Source: Octopus sinensis (lineage: Eukaryota). From it: a DNA stretch of 64,000 bases. This document shows positions 51,551 through 64,000 of the stretch, one piece after another (position 1 is the first letter of the stretch; each line of letters begins with the position of its first letter). Under the pieces are notes generated by a model, which made no database searches, was not told the origin of the DNA, and saw only the letters and a list, made by a program, of their open reading frames with translations. Location of the stretch: positions 46,066,001 through 46,130,000 of the forward strand of contig NC_043006.1 of assembly GCF_006345805.1 (NCBI RefSeq). Direction: 5' to 3'. Both the position numbers and the translations under genes were made by a program.

Positions 51551-51855
51551 ATACATATAAACACATACATAAACACATACATAAACACATACATAAACAC
51601 ATACATAAACACATACATAAACACATACATATAAACACATACATAAACACATACATAAACACATACATAAACACATACATAAACACATACATAAACACAT
51701 ACATAAACACATACATAAACACATACATAAACACATACATAAACACATACATAAACACATACATAAACACATACATATAAACACATACATAAACACATAC
51801 ATAAACACATACATAAACACATACATAAACACATACATATAAACACATACATAAA
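51551..51855. repeat. 12-bp minisatellite (AAACACATACAT)n with occasional 14-bp variants
   Basis: About 24 near-perfect copies. Confidence 0.95.
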
Positions 51856-52182
51856 TGTACACTCGTGCACACAAGCACACGCATAAACACGCATATACAC
51901 ACACACAAATATCTATATATCTATAGGAAGAAAGAGAGATAGATACAGAAATAGAGAGAGAGAGAGAGAGAGAGAAAGAAAGAGAGAGACAGAGAGAGAG
52001 AGAAAGAGAGAGAGAGAGAAAAAGAAAAAGAAAGAGAGAGATAGAGAATGAAAGAGAGAGAGAGAGAGAGACAGAGAGAGAGATCAACAACCGGTTCTTG
52101 TTCCATTTTTGCTCACCTCCCAGCTGATTTGCGCGTATTAGCTCATATTCTTATACAGTACATATACACACATTCATACAGT

Positions 52183-52232
<50 letters not shown>

Positions 52233-53050
52233 GATAGATATATATAGTTATTCATTCACTATCTTCGGTGAACGATGATCATAATCTTATCATATTCTTC
52301 TTTTCATGACTATTGCTATGTTCTCTCTCTAATGTAATACTTGACCAAATTAAATACACTTAATTTTATGGAAAAATCACTGGAGTTTCACTACATTTTG
52401 AAATATTATAATAGAAAATTGATCAGGTCAAAGAACACTTACCATAAAACATGCGTGTTCGAAAGCTGGAGAGTAATACTTAGATCCAACTGCCAACCAG
52501 TATATTTCCCTATTTCTGGGACAAATCTACTTCTTTAAACCTCGTCAAAATAGTTCCAATAGAAAAAAAATCTCGAGTCAAGAAATTATCAAATTGGAAA
52601 AGAGTGTAATCCGGAATTGTCTCAAAAATGTGTGTGCTTGGGTATATGTGTGTGTGTGTGTGTGTGTGTTGGAAAGGAAATTTATCTTAAAAGTTCTAAA
52701 AACGGTATGTAGTCATGAAAACTTTCAGAAACTTGGAGCCATTGAGTAATAATTTGGTCAAACTGGAAGGGAAGTAGCACCTGATATCGTCATTAAATTA
52801 ATATATCCCTATTATTTAAGAAAAGCAGTTAGCATTATTTTACTCTTCCCAACGATCCAAATATGCCACCCACATTTTACATTGATCATTCTCCTCAGCT
52901 ACTAAATTGTCTCTCCTGCACCACCATACGTAACTTCCTCTCCTCATTCACTACCTCTGACCAGCACTCAAACAACATTCTCAACAACAATTTCATATCT
53001 GTCTGTCTCTGTCTGTCTGTCTGTCTCTCTTTCCGCTTTTCTCCTCTCAT

Positions 53051-53490
53051 GGCACAATCGTTACCACGCTGGGGAAATGCTTAGCGGTATTTCGGCGGCG
53101 AGCTGGCAGAAATGTTAGCACGTCGGGCGAAATGCCTAGAGGTATTTCGTCTGCCGTTACGTTGTGAGTTCAAAATTCCGCCGAGGTCGACTTTGCCTTT
53201 CATCCTTTTGGGGTCGATAAATTAAGTACCAGTTACGCACTGGGGTCAATGTAATCGACTTAATACCTATGTCTGTCTTTGTTTGTCCCCTCTATGTTTA
53301 GCCCCTTGTGGGTAATAAAGAAATAGGTATTTCGCCCGTCTTTACGTTCTGAGTTAAAATACCACCGAGGTCGGCTTTGACGTTTGTCGTTTCGAGGTCG
53401 ATGGAATAAGTTCCAGTTGATTACTGGGGCGATGTAATCGACTGACCCCTCACCCAAAACTGCTGATCTTGTATTAAAATTTGAAATTCA
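53051..53490 (+). mobile_element. Old SINE-A containing a full-length SINE-A1 (53094-53325) with TSD
   Basis: GGTATTTC(G) at 53086-53093 and 53326-53333. Confidence 0.93.
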
Positions 53491-53564
53491 TTGTTTCTAT
53501 TTACTAATCTTCACTCTTCCACCTCACCAACTTCATTCACATCATATATATATAAATATATATA

Positions 53565-54299
53565 TACTCTTTTACTCTTTTACTTGTTTCAGTCATTTGA
53601 CTGCGGCCATGCTGGAGCACCACCTTTAATCGAGCAACTCGACCCCGGGACTTATTCTTTGTAAGCCCAGTACTTATTCTATCGGTCTCTTTTTGCCGAA
53701 CCGCTAAGTGACGGGGACATAAACACACCAGCATCGGTTGTCAAGTAATGCTAGGGGGAGATACACAGACACGCAAACACACAGACATACATATATATAT
53801 ATATATATATATACATATATACGACGGGCTTCTTTCAGTTTCCGTCTACCAAACCCCCACTCACAATGCTTTGGTCGGCCCGAGGCTATAGTAGAAGACA
53901 CTTGTGCCCAAGGTACCACGCAGTGGGACTGAACCCGGAACCATGTGGTTGGTAAACAAGCTACTTACCACACATCCACTCCTGCGCCTATATATATACA
54001 TATCATATATACATATCATAAAAACAAATTCGCACTGTTGCAAATGTATATACATATATACGACAGGCTTCTTTCAGTTTCCGTCTACCAAACCCCCACT
54101 CACAATGCTTTGGTCGGCCCGAGGCTATAGTAGAAGACACTTGTGCCCAAGGTACCACGCAGTGGGACTGAACCCGGAACCATGTGGTTGGTAAACAAGC
54201 TACTTACCACACATCCACTCCTGCGCCTATATATATACATATCATATATACATATCATAAAAACAAATTCGCACTGTTGCAAATGTATATACATATATA
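53565..54299 (-). mobile_element. SINE-B plus a 239-bp tandem duplication of its 5' half and flank
   Basis: 53811-54060 is nearly identical to 54050-54299. Confidence 0.9.
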
Positions 54300-54840
54300 A
54301 TAGACGACACTTGTGTGTGCAGTGGAGAGGTATGGCAACATAGGTCACCACTTCAGTCATTAGTTCGTTAGTCTCATTTCTGATATTGAAACTGTCAATT
54401 GATTTCACATTCACGATTTGAAAGTCTACTAAGTTCCATGACACACAAACGTAACAGAAATATATATATATAGCTCGTATACCTGTGTTTATATGTTTAC
54501 CTCCTTGTGCGTCTGTCTGCATTTGTGAAAAGAAAACGTTTTTTTTGCTGATAAAGTCGCTAATTAAGTAGGATATTACATACAGACTCACCCCCTTGTG
54601 ATGTCTATACATATATGCATACATCTATGTGTGCGTGCTTGGGTATGTGTTTGTGTTGTGTATTTTATGACTGAAGGGAAATATATATATATATATATGC
54701 ATATATATATATATATATAATTATATATATATATATATACGTATACATATATATATATGTATATATATATTTATTACACATATATTGCCTTCAGACATAA
54801 CATATATACTTACACAAACACACGCACGCTCGCTCGCACG

Positions 54841-54871
<31 letters not shown>

Positions 54872-54995
54872 TTGGCATTGGTTATGTGTTCGTGTGTGTT
54901 TTTGTCTGAAAGCAAGTATATATATATACATATATATATATGGTATATTTATATATACATATACATACGTATACACACACACATATATATACATG

Positions 54996-55045
<50 letters not shown>

Positions 55046-55096
55046 TATAATATATATATATAACATATATATATATAGTATATATAATATATATAT

Positions 55097-55147
<51 letters not shown>

Positions 55148-55266
55148 ATATATATATATATATATATATGTGTATATCTATATCTATATATATATATATT
55201 TAAATGCACATATATATATGCCTTCAGAATAACATACACAGACACAGACACACACACACACACACA

Positions 55267-55297
<31 letters not shown>

Positions 55298-55504
55298 ACA
55301 TACACGTATTTGTTTACTTTTGAAATTTAGTTTACAAATGTTGTAATACTTACAGGTGACTTTTAAAAATACAACCAATAAGACTGCTTCGCTTTAAGTT
55401 ATATCTCCAGCATAGAAGACATTCATTTGAATTATAAATCTGTTAAATGTTATCATTTGTAGGTTGGTCTTAACGAGGTTTACCACATGTATATATATAT
55501 ATAT

Positions 55505-55681
55505 ATGTATACATGTGTGTGTCTGTGTTTGTCCCGCCACCATCGCTTGAGAACGTATGTTGGTGTCTTTGTGTCTCTGTAACTTAGTGGTTCGGCAAAA
55601 GAAACCGATGAAATAAATAATAGGCTTACAAAGAATAAGTCCTGGGGCCGATTTGCTCGACTAAAGGCGGTGTTCATGGTG

Positions 55682-55714
<33 letters not shown>

Positions 55715-56635
55715 CGACAGGCTTCTTTCAGTTTCCGTGGACCAAATCCACTCACAAGGCTTTAATCGGCCCGAGGTTATAGTAGAATACACTTGCCCAA
55801 GGTGCCATGCAGTGGGACTGAACCCGGGACCATGTGGTTGCTAAGTAAGCTACGTACCACGTCTCTCCTCCGCCTGCAGTATATATATTTTTAATTATTT
55901 TTATAATTTGTGTATATTTATTTTATTATAAATCCAAAACAACACCACGGAGGAATCGGCGTAAGCTTAAATAATAAGCCGCGATAGGTGAACCGCGATA
56001 GGTAAACCGCAATAGGTGAATGCGATATCGTGAGGGATTATTGTAGCGGAGCATGTACAATTACTCTTATGTATATACTCTCTTATTTACACCCATATTC
56101 ATACACACACAAACGTATCTTTTATCGTTTATCTTTTGCGTTTCAGTGATTAGGCTGCGGCCATGCTGGGGCACCGTCTTGAAGAATCATCTTAGTCGAA
56201 TAAATCGACTCCAGCACTTAATAATTTTGTTTGTTTTTGCTAAACCTGGTACTTATTCTACCGGTCTCTTTTGCCGAATACCAATGTCACGGGGACGTAA
56301 ACACACCAACACCGGTTGTCAAGCAGTGATGGGGGACAGACACAGACACATGCGCACACACATACGATAGGCTTCTTTCTCTTATCATCTATCAAATCCA
56401 CCCACAAGGCATTTGTTGACCCGAGGTGCCATGCAGTGGGACTGAACACGGAACCATTTACTTAGGAAGCAAGCTTCATGCCACGCAGACACGCCTCTAT
56501 ATATACCTTTAAATTTTCTCTTTCACTTGTTTTAGTCATTGGATTGCAGCCATGCTGGGTCACAACCTTCAAATGATTAGTCAAAAAAATCGACCACTTA
56601 TTGTATCGTACCTTTTGCCGAACCGCTAAGCTACA
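55505..56635. mobile_element. Cluster of older SINE-B fragments (both strands) and a MITE fragment
   Basis: Diverged family matches. Confidence 0.75.
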
Positions 56636-56733
56636 AAATCTAAGCTACAGCTATCAAATAACACTGGGGTCGATATATTCAACTTAATCCCTTCCCCCAA
56701 ATTTCAAGCCTTGTGCCGTTGGTTGAAAGTAAT

Positions 56734-56774
<41 letters not shown>

Positions 56775-56793
56775 TATTATTATTATTATTATA

Positions 56794-56857
<64 letters not shown>

Positions 56858-56934
56858 CATTATTATTATTATTATTATATCTCATAAAGCGAGATTTCTA
56901 TATATCTTAAATTTGCATAAGAATTTGTGGTGAG

Positions 56935-57016
56935 GGCAGTTTAGCTTAAAAGTCAGAGCACCACGACGCGTAATCAGGGGGGGGGGGGTGAATTCGATTC
57001 TCCTAGCCGGCTGCCA
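56935..57016 (+). pseudogene. tRNA-like pseudogene or orphan SINE head
   Basis: GGCAGTT...GGCTGCCA acceptor pairing, TAGCTTAAAAGTCAGAGC D-arm-like segment, TTCGATTC; disrupted by a G-run. Confidence 0.35.
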
Positions 57017-57162
57017 ACACACCTATTTCTGCAAAATAGGAGCAAGTTATCCTGTTCAAGCTATATTATTAGCATTAACCTGCGTTTGAGAATTTAAAAA
57101 ATCACTTCACTATTATTATTATTATTATTATTATTATTATCATTATTATTAATTTCCTATCA

Positions 57163-57214
<52 letters not shown>

Positions 57215-57569
57215 TACTACTACTACTATTATTAACAAGGCGGCGAGCTGGCTGAGTCGTTAGCACACTATTCGAAACGCTTAACGGTATTTCGTCCGTT
57301 TTTACGTCCTGAGTTCAAATGTTCAATTGCTGTCGAGGTCCACTTTACTTTTCATTCTTTCGAGGTCTATGAAATAAACTGAGCACTGGTTTCAACCTAA
57401 TCGCCAAGCTTCACTCCCCCCACGTCGCCCAGATGCCACACCTCGACCCCAAAGTTAAGAAAGAACTATTACGAATGACTTGATTATTCTGCATTTGGGA
57501 ATTAACAAACAATTGCTTTTCTTCTGGCATTAAGTCACCTTTCTGGCTACAAAGAAATTATAATGATGG

Positions 57570-57625
57570 TTGTCGTCGTCATCCACCTCCACCTCCTCCC
57601 TCCTCCTCCTCCTCCTACACCTCTC

Positions 57626-57676
<51 letters not shown>

Positions 57677-58102
57677 GTCGTCTTAATCCTCCTCCTCCTC
57701 ATCATTATCGTCATCATCATCATCGTCATATTCATACTCATCATTACCATCGTCGTCGTCATCATCCTCATCATCATCATCATCACCATCGTCATCATCA
57801 TCATCGTCATCAGCCTCATCATCATCATTATCATCGTCGTCGTCGTCATCATCATCATTATCATCGTCATCATAATCATTGTCATCATTACCATCGTCAT
57901 TCTCATCATTATCATCATCATCATCATCATCACCATCATCATCATCGTCGTCGTCGTCGTAGTCATCATCATCATCGTCATCATAATCATCGTCATCATC
58001 ATCGTCATCATCATCGTCATCGCCATCGTCATTCTCATCATCATCATCTTCATCATCAGCAGCATCATCATCATCATCGTCGTCATCGTCGTATCATCAT
58101 CG

Positions 58103-58143
<41 letters not shown>

Positions 58144-58166
58144 GCCATCATCATCATCGCCATCAC

Positions 58167-58203
<37 letters not shown>

Positions 58204-58694
58204 TCATAATCATTATCAACATCATTATCATTATCATCTTTGTCATCGGCTTCGTCGTCGTCATTGCTATTGTCGTTCTCGTTCTTGTCGTGCATGAAGT
58301 TTTCAAGATGTTGTTGTCGCCGCCATTGTTGTGCAAAGAAGCTTTTATGTCGCCATTTTCCTTCTCTGTCTCCTAAGACGCAACACAATCCAATGCCAAC
58401 GGGCATGTTGCAGAGAATTTCACTTGCATGCACCGAGTAAAAGAGCGTCTGTGAAGATTATCTCTGTTTTCACGAAGTGAATGGAACATGGCATTAACCT
58501 GAACGGACACACAAACGCCTGAGGCCCAAACTGTAGGAGTCACTCAACCGTTAAGGAGTTTGTTAGGAAACTGGGAGGGATTTTACAAAGACAAAGCAAT
58601 GCAAAACAACTTTTGAAAAATGTATTTACATTACAATGAAGATGATGAAGATGATGATGATGGTGATGATGATGATGGTGACGACGATTATGAA

Positions 58695-58730
<36 letters not shown>

Positions 58731-58900
58731 AAAGCTGATGATGATGTTGATGATGATGATGATGCTGAAGATGAGGAGAAAGCGAGGAAGAAGCAGGATC
58801 AAATGGAAGGAAGTAAAGGGATGACGACGATGACGATGATGATGACGATGATGATGATGATGAAGATGCTGCTGTTGCTGCTGCGGCTGATGATGATGAA

Positions 58901-58948
<48 letters not shown>

Positions 58949-59506
58949 ATGATGATAATCAGACGGAAGAAATAGAAAGAAGAAACAGGATCAGATGGAA
59001 AAAAGTAGAGGTATGATGATGATAAAGATGTTGATGGTGGTGGTGGTATTGTTGGTGTTGTTGTTGTTGGTGGTGGTGGTGATAGTTGTTGTGAAAGTGA
59101 TGGTGGTGGTATTGGTGATCGTGGTGGTCATGAGGAAGATGAGGAATATCTGTAGCGGCATCATCGTCTCTGGTCGTCATAGCGAAAACGCCGCTACAGA
59201 TAAGGTAACCTGAAAATGCCATAAAGAAGGTGATGACGATGGTGATGATGCTGTTGACCTTGACGACGGCGAGAGTGATGATGGTGATGATGTCGACGAC
59301 GACGACAAAAACGACAATGATAATATTGATGATGACGACGATGGTGATGATGAAGATGGTGGTGGTGGTGGTTATAAAAACAGTAAGGGGGGACAATGGC
59401 ACCGCGAACGTTTATGTGACTGTGAGTATTCGGTAGTGTGGAAAATGATGATTATAATAACGATAACAAAAGTGCATAGGTGATGTTGATGATAATAATG
59501 ATAATT

Positions 59507-59557
<51 letters not shown>

Positions 59558-59610
59558 GCGATTACGACGACAAAAATGATGATGATGATGATGTCGATGT
59601 TGATAATGTT
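57570..59610. repeat. Long degenerate (CAT/CGT)n tract (57570-58285) and (GAT/GAC/GGT)n tract (58636-59610)
   Basis: Directly visible. Confidence 0.95.
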
Positions 59611-59739
59611 GATAAAGTAGAAACCGGTACGCGTGCGATTATGATGATTACGTTTTATGAGATTTTAATAATGTTTTTTTTTACATTACATTAGCTTTCA
59701 AAAGAATGTTATATTTCCGATAAAACTCACAAGATGTAT

Positions 59740-59896
59740 AAGCAAGGCTGTGTGAGTAAGAAGATCGCTTTGCAACCACGTGATTTCTGGTTCAGTCCCA
59801 CTGCAATGTCTTGGGGAAGTGTCTTCCATTATAGCCCCGGGGCGACCAAAGCCTTCCGACTGGGTTTGCTAAACAGAAACGTTGTGGAAGTCTGTT

Positions 59897-59929
<33 letters not shown>

Positions 59930-60227
59930 ATGTGTGAGAGAGAGAGTGAGAGAAAGAGAGAGTGAGTGTGTGAGTGTGTGTGTGTGCGCGCGTGTGTGTA
60001 TGTATGTATATATATATATGTATGTTTGAGTATATATATATATATACATACATATATTATACATATATGAGTGTGTGTGCGCTTTCGTTTGTCTTCCACT
60101 ACACAGCTTCACAACCGGTGTTGGCTTCTTTATGTCCCCGTAACCTAGCGGATCTGCAAAAATGGACCGACAGAATGAGTGCCAAACTTAAAAAAGAAGT
60201 CCTGGGATCGATTTGTTCGACTAAAGT
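59740..60227 (+). mobile_element. Old SINE-B
   Basis: Diverged match with expanded internal microsatellite. Confidence 0.8.
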
Positions 60228-60249
60228 TCTTATATATATATATGTTCTT

Positions 60250-61215
60250 TAAAAGGTTGCAGCTTCAAAGCTGCAGCCATGCTGGGATACCACCGTTGAC
60301 TGACCTACACCATAATCTAAAGCTTCCTTGATATGTGGCATTTGGTCAATGAGGGAGTTTTATGCCGCTGTCTTCGTCCGTGTTTCCTGCCGTGAGGTAG
60401 GCTCGTCTGGAACCCGCAACAGGAGATCCAGGTTTGTTTTAAAGACACTTACATCCACACCATGCAGGTCTCTCAGGCATTTTGGAAGGATATTAAAAAA
60501 GCTGTGGGCCCTTGAAGCCCAAGCTGTTGCAGTATCTGGTCCTGTGTATTTTGATGGCGACGCTGGGATCATTGGCACTATGCAGTGGCGCCCCTTTCTT
60601 CAGTTTGAATAACTTCCCATGCCAAAGTTTGGTACAAGGCCTTCTAGGATTTTCCAGATGTATATCACTGAATATCCCTCCCGCCTTCGTTTCATGGAGA
60701 AGAGTTCCAATTCTTTCAGTTTTTCCCAGTAGCTCATACGTTGCATTGAGACGATTGCTTCGAGTTCCGCCGTGAATTTTATAGTGTGTGGTGACCATAG
60801 TTGGGAGCAGTAGTCCAAGCGGCTGAGGAGGTAGGTCCTCCAAAGGACCATCGACTCTCCTTTTCTCTTGTTTTGAAAGTTCGGGGGATCCATCCAACTA
60901 GCCGTATGCATATTATTACGAAATTGGTAATATGCACTTGAAAAGATGCATCATTGCTCATGTCAATGACAAAGTCAAGCACTGATTTTTATTCAGGGAT
61001 TGCAATCCCTCCTGGGCCTTGTTGTTGTCCTCAGCCCACCTGTATATTATGTCCAACTCCCGTCGCAGATGTGCAGTATTTCCAGAATTTTGTATTGTCT
61101 CAGAGACTTTTGTGTCATCTGCACAGCTAGCAAGGGTGGCAATGTGAATAGCTGGAGGGCATGTCTGAAAGGGCCCCTATGAATAGCAGTGGCCCTCCGA
61201 CAGTTCCCTGAGAAA
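60250..61215 (-). mobile_element. CR1-clade LINE, 5'-truncated and decayed
   Basis: GVSQGTVGGPLLF, LSRLDYCSQLWSP, YIWKILEGLVPN, FNILPKCLRDL..FKTNLDLLL. Confidence 0.87.
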
Positions 61216-61895
61216 CACCACACACACACACACACACACACATACACATACACACAGAGAATACATACATAGTGATTACTGACAAGTATACAACTGACGT
61301 TGAATGAAAAATCACCAGAACAGAGACTGGTAAATATTTAATGTTGCAACTAGTTTACATCAAATATACGAAATGCATGTTATGCTGATGAATTTATTAT
61401 AACCCTGTTTCACGTTACTTAATTTAAAATGCTGTGGATGCGGTGATTTTTGACGGCACGGGGATACTAAGGTATATCTTTTTTATTGGTCATGAATATA
61501 ACGCAGTTAGGAACGGAGCAAACTTAACTACCCTTTTCTATAGCTCACTTATGAAGGGGCATAAGGATGCAGCTTTTCTTCTTTGCACCAACCGAGCGAA
61601 TGGTATTCATTTCATGCTTTTAGGAACCAAATGTACAGAATCGCTAGAATAGACATCCAATTGGTTTCTGTATTCGTTTCTGAAGGCATTGTCTGCTTCT
61701 TTATTACTTTTGTATGGTTTTGGAACATAATACGTTTGTAATAGAACAATTTTCTATGTGGTGTGGTCTTTCCATTACACGAACTAATATTTGTACAAGG
61801 ATGTATTTTGATCATCTCGTGAATAGACATTCAACTATCAACTATCTATCTATCTATCTATCTATCTAAGTTTTTATATATATATATATATATAT

Positions 61896-61934
<39 letters not shown>

Positions 61935-62208
61935 CACATACACACACATACACATACGTATGTTTATATGTGTGTGTCTATATATATGTATATGTAAGTG
62001 TATATTGATGTAGTATACATAAATACATATCTACAAATACACATACTCACAAATATATTTAGACATATAAATATAGACGTATATATATATAGATATATAC
62101 ATACATAACACTATTATATATATATATATATATAATATAATATATATATATATACGCATATATATATATATATATTATCATATATACGCATATATAATAT
62201 ATATATAT

Positions 62209-62252
<44 letters not shown>

Positions 62253-62764
62253 ATAATGTATATATATATATACGCACATACATATTACATAATGGTGTGG
62301 AGTTGGCAGAAGCAGCAGAGATCCAAATACTTTCTGGTATTTGTTCTGAAGTATTACTTTCCGCGTTCAAATCTCACCGAGGTCAGATTTGACGTTCTTT
62401 CCTTTCGAGGCTTCGAATTCAATATCAGTCAAGTACTGAATTCAACGGTATCGAGTCACTACTTCCCTTAAATGCTAGTCTTATACCTAAACCAGACACC
62501 GCTCCGGAGGCTAGTGTGTTGGCATACTCGATTTAGATTCGGTAAAAGAAAAAAAAGTAGTTTATTTTTTCCGGTACTATATGATCTGAGTTCAGATCTT
62601 GTTTGTGGTCAACTTTTGTTTTAATGCAGCGATGTGGCAATGCTGTGAAAGGGCCAGAGAGCGATCTAACAGAATAGTTACCGCGCTGGAAAAAAAAAAT
62701 GCTTATGGGCATTTCTTCCGACTTGACATTCTGCAGCCGGAGTCGACTTTACCTTTTATTATGA

Positions 62765-63081
62765 AGGCGCGTGGCTTAGTGGTTCGGATAATCAGCTTAC
62801 GAGTTTAATGTCATGAGTTCGATTCCCGACGGCGTTGTGTCCTTGAGCAAGACATTTTACATTGCGTTGCTCCAGTCCACTCAGCTGGCAAAAGTCAGTA
62901 GTATCTTTAATTCACAAAGGCCAGCCTTGTCATATTCTGTGTCATGCTGAAATACCCTGAGAACTACGTTAAGGATACGCGTGTCACTGGAATTCTCAGC
63001 CACTTGCAAGTTGATTTCGCGAGTAGCCTGTTCCGTTAATCATGTCAACTGAAACCCTCGTCGTCATAGTATATGGAGTGC
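62765..63081 (+). mobile_element. Old SINE-C-related copy (CORE-like centre, SINE-C 3' half)
   Basis: GTGTCCTTGAGCAAGACA..CTCCAGTCCACTCAGCTG; GAGAACTACGTTAAGG..AACCCTCGTCGTC. Confidence 0.8.
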
Positions 63082-63253
63082 ATGTTTAACTTTAAAGCCT
63101 CTGAAAAAATGTCTTGTAATATTTCTTAAGGTTAAGACGGTCGATCTAATAAAACAATATACCAGTTAAATACTGAGGGCAGTGTAATCGAATTAATCCT
63201 CTCACCTCAAAATTGATGGTCTTGTGCCAAAATTAGGAAGAATTATTATTTAT

Positions 63254-63425
63254 ATAGGCGTAGGAGTGGCTGTGTGGTAAGTAGCTTACTTACCAACCAC
63301 ATGGTTTCGGGTTCAGTCCCACAGCATGGCACCTTGGGCAAGTGTCTACTATAGCCTCGGGCCGACCAAAGCCTTGTGAGTGGATTTTGTAGAGGTAAAC
63401 TGAAAGAAGCCCGTCGTATATATGT
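63254..63425 (+). mobile_element. SINE-B 5' half
   Basis: Family match. Confidence 0.88.
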
Positions 63426-63908
63426 ATATATACATACACACACATAAGCACTCAATCTCATTAGAAAAAACAAACAACAACACATCACCATTCATATGAC
63501 TTGCACCCTGTCACCTTCCTATTCTTAGATCTCTCCCCTTCCAACCTTGTTTGAACTCTTGAACTTTCTAGAATCTTCTACATTCAACCATTTTTGACGT
63601 CACTGCTTAAACGGAATATTTTAAAGAAACACTCATTTTCGCTATGGACTCTGTGTGGGCAGTCATCTAAAAGTTTTTGTTCATCATGATGCTGACATAA
63701 GTTCCTGGTCTTTCCTGATGAGAAGGCGGCATAATGCACCCCTTATTCCTTCGAAATTAGGAATATGCAGTCTTCGAAACATATGCACGTGATCTCTGCC
63801 CTTGGCATGTAGCTTCAACCGTATTTTTCTGACGTGAATTTGCTACCCGGGTATCTGTTAACCGAATTATCCATACTAGGATAATTCATCAACTACTTAT
63901 ATATATAT

Positions 63909-63981
<73 letters not shown>

Positions 63982-64000
63982 GTATGTGTGTGTATATGTT

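Noticed and set aside
57547-59436. Long poly-M/I/D/S ORFs (up to 244 aa)
   Set aside because: Stop-free frames of trinucleotide repeats; no domain or splice support

Overview
Eukaryotic, AT-rich, repeat-saturated non-coding DNA. The repeat complement is most consistent with an octopus (coleoid cephalopod) genome; this is inferred from the SINE types and the (TA)/(CA)/(CATA)/(TAA) microsatellite load, not from a database search. No intact host protein-coding gene is recognisable, and almost all listed ORFs are microsatellite or SINE artefacts. The window holds dozens of copies or fragments of three tRNA-headed SINE families (called A, B and C here) and decayed non-LTR retrotransposons (one L1/Tx1-type, four R4/Dong-like RLE-type, two CR1-type, RTE pieces). 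It also holds a Tc1 and a mariner transposase pseudogene, non-autonomous Helitrons, a Helentron-type element, a pogo/Tigger-like MITE and Penelope-like elements with hammerhead ribozymes. Four observations stand out. (1) SINE-A inserts site-specifically into older copies of itself (a target-site duplication, TSD, is caught at 53086/53326), building 184-bp head-to-tail arrays, and its 3' tail is homologous to the 3' end of a Tx1-type LINE in the same window. (2) SINE-B shares its 3' end and stem-loop with the CR1-type LINEs. (3) A Penelope element carries a fixed tRNA-like Pol III module upstream of its hammerhead ribozyme. (4) An HSE+TATA+Inr+splice-donor cassette at ~25.9 kb looks like a heat-shock-inducible Pol II promoter.
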